From Bdellovibrionota bacterium (GTDB taxonomy: Bacteria > Bdellovibrionota_C > UBA2361 > JBIKWN01): a stretch of DNA of 19,709 nucleotides. The position numbers were made by a program, and so were the translations under genes. Under the pieces are notes generated by a model. The model was not told the origin of the DNA and searched no databases. It was given only the letters and a program-made list of their open reading frames with translations. The stretch spans positions 1 to 19,709 of the forward strand of contig JBIKWN010000049.1 of NCBI GenBank assembly GCA_044356295.1, written 5' to 3'. Below are positions 8,596 through 16,259 of this stretch, one piece after another. Within the stretch, counting starts at the first letter, position 1; every line of letters begins with the position of its first letter.

Positions 8596-10118
8596 CTCAG
8601 AGAATTCCAGAATGTATTCCATGTATCCCAAAATTTATTTGTCTGAGTAGGATCAGGATTAACTTCAATCAGACTTTTTCCAAGTGTTCTTAAAGGTTTT
8701 GTAAATGTAGTCATTCTCTCAAAGTCGAGTCCCCACATTTTTGCGACATTACTAAAATCAAGATGATGGTGATTTGTAATTAAGGATTCCAGAGTTGGGT
8801 TTTCTTTGAAACTACTTTTTAGTTGAGGAAGTCTTCGAAAGATATCTCCGCCGTTATTATTAATAACGATAATAGTCACCGGTACTGAGGGGAACTCCTT
8901 CAGAATCCAAAACGAATTCAAACCGTACAGTGTGGTTAGATCACCAAAAATTCCCCAATTATGGCGATTTCCATCTAGATTCCCAAAGAAATGCGAAAGT
9001 TGTCCATCGATTCCGTTTGTTCCTCGCTGAACTGTAATTATAGGATGAGCTGTTTTTCTTGATGATGCTAAATCCCATTCCCTAATTGGCAAACTATTAC
9101 CAAGAAAGATTGAGTCATTACTGTGGATTAAGTGTGAAAGAGAATAAAAAAGAGATGGTTCAGAAAGAGGGTATTCATACAGCAGTCGATGAAGTTCTCG
9201 GTGCCCTCTGGCATCAAGCTGTTTAACTTCATCATCAATAGTAATAGGGGAGCCCAACGTTGCGTCCAAGAGTATCTCAGAAATATCACCAGTTATCAGG
9301 TGACCACGTGGTGTTCCACTAAATGGTTTAGAATCTATTGAAAGAACTGGAATCTGAGCGTTATCTAGATCCCTCCAACTTCGAAGTGTTGGAATAGAAC
9401 CGAGCCTAAGGACGCAATCAAATTTGTCTTTTTCAAGAGCCTTCTTTATGACTCTATCAGAGCCTTTGATTAAAATTTGCTCTAACCTTTTTAATTCCCT
9501 CAGTCCTGAGGGAGCCTCGGCATAGGTGATAGCACCGAGTTTAAGCAGAAATTGTTCGACTGCTTTTTGATCCTTAGAAGATAGTTCACCGAGAATAACG
9601 AGGGGTTGTTTCTTATTTTCAAGAAAATTTTGAATCGAAGTAGTTTCTTTTTGGGAATTTTGAACGGGAGTCGATATTTTTTGCCCTACATCTTCAATGC
9701 AAATATTTATATGGGAGGGTTTGTCACTAGGAACTTGAATTGAATCAAAGTCAATCATTTCATCTTCAACATCAATGCTATGTTCAATGTAATTTCCAAA
9801 AATATTTTTTTGCTCAATGGTTTGAGGAGCTCCGGTGCCTCGATATCGTTTTGGACGATCTGCGCTAATTATGACAAGTGGAATGCCACTATAAAAAGCT
9901 TCGATTACAGCAGAATGACACTCGCTTACCGCAGTGCCTGAAGTACAAACTACAGCGACTGGCTGACCCACTTTTTTCGCCAAACCAAGAGCAAAAAAAC
10001 TTGCTTCACGCTCATCAAAATGTGGGATGAGTCGATTCTTGGTATCTTTTGAGAGACGCTCAATGACGGGGATATTTCTAGACCCTGCACAAATAATAAA
10101 ATAAGAGATAGATTTCAA
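8592..10118 (-). CDS. menD: SEPHCHC synthase (ThDP-dependent)
   Basis: CAGSRN, DEREASFFALG, CTSGTA, SADRP, GAPQTI, GNSLPIR, RGTNGIDG and the ThDP motif GDLT...NNNGG. The start codon (TTG 10118) is uncertain. Confidence 0.95.
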   Translation of the reverse strand: MKSISYFIICAGSRNIPVIERLSKDTKNRLIPHFDEREASFFALGLAKKVGQPVAVVCTSGTAVSECHSAVIEAFYSGIPLVIISADRPKRYRGTGAPQTIEQKNIFGNYIEHSIDVEDEMIDFDSIQVPSDKPSHINICIEDVGQKISTPVQNSQKETTSIQNFLENKKQPLVILGELSSKDQKAVEQFLLKLGAITYAEAPSGLRELKRLEQILIKGSDRVIKKALEKDKFDCVLRLGSIPTLRSWRDLDNAQIPVLSIDSKPFSGTPRGHLITGDISEILLDATLGSPITIDDEVKQLDARGHRELHRLLYEYPLSEPSLFYSLSHLIHSNDSIFLGNSLPIREWDLASSRKTAHPIITVQRGTNGIDGQLSHFFGNLDGNRHNWGIFGDLTTLYGLNSFWILKEFPSVPVTIIVINNNGGDIFRRLPQLKSSFKENPTLESLITNHHHLDFSNVAKMWGLDFERMTTFTKPLRTLGKSLIEVNPDPTQTNKFWDTWNTFWNSLR

Positions 10119-10162
10119 TATGTTATGAGTGTATCTTATAGTCTCTAAGATGAAAAATATTT

Positions 10163-10189
10163 AGAGTAACAATGCGGAATTAAAGTCAA
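10163..10189 (-). promoter_or_regulatory. Candidate sigma70-type promoter for menD-menH-menB-menA
   Basis: Minus strand reads TTGACT (10189-10184), a 15-bp spacer, then TGn-TACTCT, an extended -10 (hexamer 10168-10163). The spacer is short and this is a prediction only. Confidence 0.35.
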
Positions 10190-10220
10190 TTTCTGAAAAT
10201 TATACCCCATATCAGAAGTG

Positions 10221-10226
10221 TATAAT
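10221..10226 (+). promoter_or_regulatory. Candidate -10 box for the 1360-aa ORF
   Basis: Perfect TATAAT 30 bp upstream of TTG 10257. No convincing -35, and the region is AT-rich. Confidence 0.25.
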
Positions 10227-10256
10227 TTAAATTAATTGAACGGTTAGGTAGTACAG

Positions 10257-13200
10257 TTGTCCGATAAAATTCGAATACAAAATCTTTCAACGAATCCCCA
10301 AAAGGGGACAGAAGATGCGCACCTGCTCGCAGGTTGGCAGTTTGGTACTGAAAAGGATTTTGGTGTCGAATCAGGAAGACTTCCTGCAATAGTAACAATC
10401 CGAAAGCTCATGGTTCGACTTATGAGTGCACCACTTCGAAGTGGTATCTTTGATGTTTTAAAGCATTTTGAAATTAACAGGTCTACATTTTCTTCTTTCC
10501 CAAAAGATTCTCAGCATAAATTTAAAGAAGGATATTTAATTTCAATTGCTGAAAGTATTTATAAAGGAGTTGATAAAGGATTTGGAGCAGGTACAAAAGA
10601 TAAACAATCACTCGGAAAAATTGCGAGTCTTATATCATCTGCATTAAAAAATGTTCGTTATTGGGAAGAGAATTTTAGTGATGTTACAGTAAGAATTCCT
10701 GAAAATAGATCTCAGTGGGCTGAAAATAAATCACATCTATTTGGTTATTTTTCAGAAGAGAATTCAGAAAATCTTAAGAAAAAGTATATTAATATTGCCC
10801 CTCATCTCTTAAATCCTATTTTTGGTGATAAGGTTCGAATATTTCTTGTTTCACTGGTGATAGCAAAGTGCATGGCAGATCATTGGGCTAAAAAAAATAG
10901 AATGGCGCTTCGTGAAAAAGATCCAAAGAACCCAGCACATCATCTTTATAAAGTGATGAAGCGAAGAGTCAATACCTTTGGAATTACTGAAGCAGCAGCA
11001 ATGGATTCCGCAATTGGAAATCTCATAATAGGACGTGAAATTTTGAGAAGTAATTGGGGGGTTGCTCCGCGTCTTCGAGTTCTTATTTCCGAACCGTTTG
11101 AAATATTTCGAATACGCCGGAAACAAGTTCCATCTTTTATTATTGATGTAAAAAATGCATTAGACCGAGTTAGTCTGAGCCCTAAATTTGACTCAGGTGA
11201 TATATTATTTTCAATTGCAGCATCACGTCTTGATAAGAGTGCTTCTGATATTAGTAAAACTGAAGTTTCCTCAGTAGTGAAAAAAGAGGAGCGTGATGCA
11301 ATTACTTTAGCACACCAGAAACTAAGCCTCGCCTTTGCAGATCTTACTAATAATATTGAGCAGCAACAGGCTTATCACAAGGTAACTGCAATAGGAAATT
11401 GGCTCGGTCATAAAAAGCAACCTGCTGATGTTATTGTAGCAGGAATGCTTCTTGAGATTGCAGAAAGTAATCAGGAATATTTTGAAAAATTAGTTACTGC
11501 TTTTAGCTCTCATCAGAATCCCTACTTAAAGCGTGCTTCTGCACTAGCAAAGAATCAGTATCAATGCAAAGAGCATTTACAATACCCCGTAGAGTTGCCG
11601 AAGAATCTCGGTGATAATTTCTTCGAACAAAATGAAGTTGAGAGAGTGTTAGGTGTTTGGACGTATACAGCTCAAACGCTTGTCGTAGATGGTGATTTTG
11701 ATGATGTCATTAAAACTAGAAAACAAATTGCAACACTTGCAGCAGCGAAGTTGATCTTTAGTCTTAACCGTGATTATACAGATCTAACGAAGAATGAAAT
11801 TGTCGCACAAAGTATTATTGGTAGATTTTCATTAGTACCCGCTTTAAGAAAGCTTCAACTGGATTCAATTGCTAATAAAATTGAGCATGAAGTATTGGTT
11901 CAAAGAGGAGATCAGTACTACGAGATTATTCAGTCGATTCGTGAATCGCTCGGAATGGACCATGAGCAAGCAGAAAATTTCTTACATATCCTAGGTGGTG
12001 AAGTAAAAAGTAAGGTCAATTTTCCAATAAAAGCTGAATTAATAGAGATTTTTGGTAATGGAATCGAAGCTTTCTTCTACAAACCAATTAATGTTTCTTC
12101 TCTCAGGAGCTACGTAAACGAACAAATAAAAATCAAGAAAAATACTGTTAAAGAAAAATTCCAGTCTCAATTCCAAATGACCTTGAATATTGAAAATATT
12201 CAAAAAATACTTGAAGAAGATATAACGCAGTTGAAATGGGAAGCGAGAGAAAAAACCCCTGCATCAGAGCGCTCCAAAATATTTGATTCATATCGAGAAA
12301 ATCTTGATGCGATCTTGCGTGGTGAACCATCTCGATTTTCGGATACCCCTACCATTGATGAGATTTCCTCTACTCATATTGATAAGCTAGGAGCTCGAAT
12401 TCTTTTTAAGAATCAAAAAGACCTACAGAGCACACTTAATGAATTACTTCCTTGGATTGAAAAGGCTAAATCTCCTGATGTTGAAGATGAGTTAGTGAGG
12501 TTGCATCCGAATGCTGCACCGTTTATACGTGAAAAAATCTTAGAACTCGCTTTTCAACTCAATGCAACAGTAGGCGAGTCTGATTTTGTTCGTACGATGA
12601 TTGTTGTTAATCCCCGTGAGTTAACTCAAGACGTAAGCTATCCAGATAAGCTTATTATGCTTGATCTACATCTTGTAACAGAAGAACAAGTTGAGAAGAT
12701 GCTAAAAGGTGAAGCTGATAGCAAATATAAACGGGCTCATGGAGATATGAAATCTTCAAGAGAAGTTGTCAATTTCGCATTTCTTTCTTTCCTCAGAGAA
12801 CATGGAATCAAATTTACAGATGAAGGATTGCCTGTTTCTATACAAGAAGTTTTAAAAATATATCCTAAATTCTTACAATCTCTTGATTCGTATAAGCCTT
12901 TTCGATCATATGAGACAAATGAAATTGATTCCGAGTATGAAAATCATTCTGTTTCAGAGCCTGTATTAGAGAAAGGATTAGATGGAAAGTTTAAGATTGT
13001 ACCACCAAAAGAATTAATTTTAAGTGAGTTGATCTCACGAAATGGCCAAGTTTATCGAAAAAATTTCAGAGTGCTTGCTGGAACCCATACAGATGAGGTC
13101 TGTTTTAGATATCCGACCCAAGAAGGCAGATATCATAGAGTAGAATTTCATAATCCATGTGAAGTGATTTCAGAACGTATTAATTTCCCTGGCACAGTCG

Positions 13201-14339
13201 TGAGGAGCATTGAAGAAACAAGAAGACTGAAAGTTGATGATCCTGTTGCTCCGAAAGCTATATTAGATCTACTTGATCGACTTGCTATTAGGCCAAGCGA
13301 TCTCACACCACGTTATGCTATTGATGCAATTCGAAGAGATTCATGCCTTGCATCTAAAGAAGATGATCTTAAGAGAATCTTTGATGATCAAACCGTACAG
13401 ACGATAGTCGATTCATGGACTAAAAAAATATTTGCGCCGTATTCCGGGTTGTATGAATTAACTCCTAATGAATTAATTCACTTACTTGGTGATATTAGTA
13501 TTAGAGAGAGCAGTGCTCCAAATAGCGCTGGTCAGAGTGAGATTAAAAGTGAAGTATTTCCAAACGTTGTAAAAACAACAAAGTACTTACGAAGAAGAAT
13601 CCGGCAACGCCTCATACAATCTTTTCTAAGCGTAACTGCAGAAGAGCCATCACTATATACCGATAGTCAGTCTTGTGTGATGACTATAAATTTTGATGAG
13701 CGACGAAACGCTTTCCACACAATGATTGGGAGAATTGTCCAGGAAGAGAGTAGTAAGTTGGGGATAGCTGTCTCCGTTGATGGCTTTACAACTAGAGACG
13801 GTGGTGGGACTTCACGTGAAGCTAAGTGTTTGCAGTATACCTTTAGTCATTGGAATCAAGACGAGACATCGACACTTGAAATGTTACATAAACTTGCAAT
13901 CTCGGTTGCGTCACGCCTCGACTATGAACTACTTCCACGGATGGATGTTGCACCTGCACGTCGAGTAGAGAGAAAGCTTTCTATTAATGTTCCTCGAGAG
14001 CTCAATAGTTTTTGGAGGCTCGCTGCGGCTCTTGAAAAACTTGGATTGAGCGTTAATTCATCTGATACATTAGAAAACCCTTCGGAAGATCGCTTTAATA
14101 ACGAATCTGGATTCGTTGAAGTGTTACTTGGCTGTGAAGAATTGCAGACGTATCGAGTTATGGAAATTAAAGATTTGAGCGACCGAAATTATCGGTCTGA
14201 TGAAAAAGGGCGGTTGAAACGAGCAACCTATGCCTTAGAAAGCGAAATTATTGAAGCGTTAAAAGAATTTTTTACAGCAGAACAGGTGGAATCGATGAGA
14301 TCTTCTTTGAATCTATCTGTTATTGGACTGGACGGATAA
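10257..14339 (+). CDS. Giant divergent long RelA/SpoT homologue (RSH)-like protein with degenerate HD domain and N-terminal extension
   Basis: Colinear RSH-like motifs seen by eye: AYHKVTAIGNWL...VIVAGMLLEIAES (HD region), SLVPALRKLQLDSIANKIEH (cf. IYAPLAHRLG...ELED), REKTPASERSK (RxKxxxSxxxK), DKLGARI (DxxGxR), DLHLVTEE (cf. EIQIRT), AHGDMK (cf. AHWxYK), a TGS-like segment and C-terminal ACT-like segments. Confidence 0.72.
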   Translation: MSDKIRIQNLSTNPQKGTEDAHLLAGWQFGTEKDFGVESGRLPAIVTIRKLMVRLMSAPLRSGIFDVLKHFEINRSTFSSFPKDSQHKFKEGYLISIAESIYKGVDKGFGAGTKDKQSLGKIASLISSALKNVRYWEENFSDVTVRIPENRSQWAENKSHLFGYFSEENSENLKKKYINIAPHLLNPIFGDKVRIFLVSLVIAKCMADHWAKKNRMALREKDPKNPAHHLYKVMKRRVNTFGITEAAAMDSAIGNLIIGREILRSNWGVAPRLRVLISEPFEIFRIRRKQVPSFIIDVKNALDRVSLSPKFDSGDILFSIAASRLDKSASDISKTEVSSVVKKEERDAITLAHQKLSLAFADLTNNIEQQQAYHKVTAIGNWLGHKKQPADVIVAGMLLEIAESNQEYFEKLVTAFSSHQNPYLKRASALAKNQYQCKEHLQYPVELPKNLGDNFFEQNEVERVLGVWTYTAQTLVVDGDFDDVIKTRKQIATLAAAKLIFSLNRDYTDLTKNEIVAQSIIGRFSLVPALRKLQLDSIANKIEHEVLVQRGDQYYEIIQSIRESLGMDHEQAENFLHILGGEVKSKVNFPIKAELIEIFGNGIEAFFYKPINVSSLRSYVNEQIKIKKNTVKEKFQSQFQMTLNIENIQKILEEDITQLKWEAREKTPASERSKIFDSYRENLDAILRGEPSRFSDTPTIDEISSTHIDKLGARILFKNQKDLQSTLNELLPWIEKAKSPDVEDELVRLHPNAAPFIREKILELAFQLNATVGESDFVRTMIVVNPRELTQDVSYPDKLIMLDLHLVTEEQVEKMLKGEADSKYKRAHGDMKSSREVVNFAFLSFLREHGIKFTDEGLPVSIQEVLKIYPKFLQSLDSYKPFRSYETNEIDSEYENHSVSEPVLEKGLDGKFKIVPPKELILSELISRNGQVYRKNFRVLAGTHTDEVCFRYPTQEGRYHRVEFHNPCEVISERINFPGTVVRSIEETRRLKVDDPVAPKAILDLLDRLAIRPSDLTPRYAIDAIRRDSCLASKEDDLKRIFDDQTVQTIVDSWTKKIFAPYSGLYELTPNELIHLLGDISIRESSAPNSAGQSEIKSEVFPNVVKTTKYLRRRIRQRLIQSFLSVTAEEPSLYTDSQSCVMTINFDERRNAFHTMIGRIVQEESSKLGIAVSVDGFTTRDGGGTSREAKCLQYTFSHWNQDETSTLEMLHKLAISVASRLDYELLPRMDVAPARRVERKLSINVPRELNSFWRLAAALEKLGLSVNSSDTLENPSEDRFNNESGFVEVLLGCEELQTYRVMEIKDLSDRNYRSDEKGRLKRATYALESEIIEALKEFFTAEQVESMRSSLNLSVIGLDG

Positions 14340-14349
14340 AATAGGCATT

Positions 14350-15387
14350 TCAAGGATGCGCAGTAATTTTATCCTTAATTGATCTTCGCTTTAATGCCAA
14401 CTCAGCAATCTCACTTTCCACGATACTTTCCTCAATAACGCCACATCCAGCACCGAGTCGAATCTGATCACGCTCCCAAAAGAGTGAACGAATTGCCGCA
14501 ATACATAAAGACTTCTTAGAGATAGGATCATAAACGCCGAATGGGGCTGCAAAATAGTGACGAGGAATTTTCATATCACTCCCCTTCAAGATAGCTTTTG
14601 CGTTATCAGTTCTTGGATACACTCCTACAGCTGCAGTGGGATGTAATGCTTGAACGAGTTCTTCAAAATGCAACAGTCGTTGCGACTGGAGCTGTATTTT
14701 AGCTCTAAGATGGATGAGAGATCCGTTCCAATATGGAATAGTTGAGCTTACTTTGACATCACCGAATTGTTTTAGTTGCTGTAAAATATCATCGATGACT
14801 AATTGATGTTCACGGATATCTTTAGGATTCTTTATTGATCGATCGCCAAATTGTGAAGCTTGAGTACCTGCAAGTGCAGCAGATGTAATAGTGGATTCTA
14901 TCTGTTCAAAGAGTAGCTCCGGTGTTAGCCCGCAAATGCCAATACCATTTTTTTGAAAACCAAACAGATATAAATCGCTTGAAAGGTACTTCATGAAGCG
15001 CTCTGTTAGTATACTGAGAGTCTCATTGTTCCAAGAAGGAGGAGCTATCCCAGTTTCAAACGATACGGGTACTATCTTTTCTAGCAGACCTTCATCGATG
15101 GATTGTTTTATTTTAAGAAAGAATTTTCTGAATTTTTGATCATCAGAATGTTGCCACTCAATGTTATCCTGTGAATGGTTATGATTTTTTAGAAACGTTT
15201 CGGCAAATGTATTGATTGAAATCTCTTGTACAGTCTCAGGAATAATCCAAGGCGTTTTATTTTGGAGAAAATAATCATTCAGGTAAAAGCTCTTTTTTAC
15301 TGAATCAGGCTCTTTTGAAGGATGTAAAGCGCCAGACCCAACAATAATTGTCTCTGGATTAGTTTGGATGAATATATAATCGCTCAT
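14350..15387 (-). CDS. menF: Isochorismate synthase (chorismate-binding MST family)
   Basis: EKIV, TPELL, ALAGT, KDIREHQLV, HL, LHPTAAVG, AIRS and GAGCGV motifs. Same strand as, and upstream of, the men cluster. Confidence 0.9.
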   Translation of the reverse strand: MSDYIFIQTNPETIIVGSGALHPSKEPDSVKKSFYLNDYFLQNKTPWIIPETVQEISINTFAETFLKNHNHSQDNIEWQHSDDQKFRKFFLKIKQSIDEGLLEKIVPVSFETGIAPPSWNNETLSILTERFMKYLSSDLYLFGFQKNGIGICGLTPELLFEQIESTITSAALAGTQASQFGDRSIKNPKDIREHQLVIDDILQQLKQFGDVKVSSTIPYWNGSLIHLRAKIQLQSQRLLHFEELVQALHPTAAVGVYPRTDNAKAILKGSDMKIPRHYFAAPFGVYDPISKKSLCIAAIRSLFWERDQIRLGAGCGVIEESIVESEIAELALKRRSIKDKITAHP

Positions 15388-15480
15388 GACTGGTAACTGC
15401 TTCTTTTGTATGCTCTTTCCTCAGAGCATCGTTTTAATCATAATTCTCTTACAGAAAAAAAAATAGGGATTGGGGCTTTG

Positions 15481-16200
15481 TTGAATACGAAACACAGAAT
15501 AGTGATTGCAATTGATGGTTTAGCCGGTACTGGTAAATCTACTTTGGCAAAGCTTCTTGCTGAAAAATTACAGTATCAACATTTAAATACTGGGCTTATT
15601 TATAGGTCAGTCGCCTTCCTTATGACTGAGCATAACCTTTCAGTGACTGAGCCAGATAAAATACTCTCTGTAATGAGTCAGAACACGATCTCTATTGAAA
15701 GTGATACTGATGCTCGATCGCTCGTTAGGTTTTCGGATGGGCGCATTTTTTATTATGAGGACCTCCTGAGTGAAGAGGTCAGTAAAAATGCATCCCAGGT
15801 TGCTGCATTAGAGCCTATTAGATCTTCTTTGCTTGATTTGCAGAGAAAAGCTTATCCGAATACTCCAATTGTTGCAGAAGGAAGGGATATGGGTACGGTC
15901 ATTTTTCCTGATGCTGATATTAAGTTTTTTATTGAAGTTCCTTCAGTAATTAGGTCCGAGAGAAGGCTTAGACAGCTTCAAGAGGCTGGAGTTTTGGTTG
16001 GAAAAAACATAGAGGAAGAGAAAAAACAGATAGAATCCGATATCTTAGACCGAGATATGCGAGATTCAAAGCGCTCCGTTGCCCCATGTATTCCAGCAAC
16101 AGATGCCATTATTTTTGACAACAGTATTCTAAGTTTGACCCAAGCGGTCGCCGAGCTGTATCATCAGATATCTTTACGCCTTACCAAACAAGCCAATTAA
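15481..16200 (+). CDS. cmk: Cytidylate kinase
   Basis: IAIDGLAGTGKST P-loop, LNTGLIYR, VAEGRDMGTVIFPDA and RDMRDSKR; conserved cmk-rpsA synteny. Start set at TTG 15481 after a GGGG SD-like stretch (the track start at 15406 is also a TTG). Confidence 0.95.
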   Translation: MNTKHRIVIAIDGLAGTGKSTLAKLLAEKLQYQHLNTGLIYRSVAFLMTEHNLSVTEPDKILSVMSQNTISIESDTDARSLVRFSDGRIFYYEDLLSEEVSKNASQVAALEPIRSSLLDLQRKAYPNTPIVAEGRDMGTVIFPDADIKFFIEVPSVIRSERRLRQLQEAGVLVGKNIEEEKKQIESDILDRDMRDSKRSVAPCIPATDAIIFDNSILSLTQAVAELYHQISLRLTKQAN

Positions 16201-16259
16201 ATGGTTCTTTTGGTCGAACAAACAGCGCGAAAGAAATCATAAAAAGGAAAATAAATTAA

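Noticed and set aside
2778..8631. Longer track starts for menE (2870), menB (7904) and menH (8631)
   Set aside because: They create unnecessary overlaps. Downstream ATGs (2777, 7880, 8595) give typical operon junctions, including an ATGA overlap.
10257..14339. Assigning the symbol relA, spoT or rel
   Set aside because: The HD residues are lost, the synthetase motifs are partly rewritten and the length is nearly double, so orthology and activity are not supported.
3745..14349. Idea that the helicase and RSH-like genes are mobile elements
   Set aside because: I saw no transposase or integrase motifs, terminal inverted repeats or target-site duplications by eye, and no obvious compositional break. 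This was not computed.
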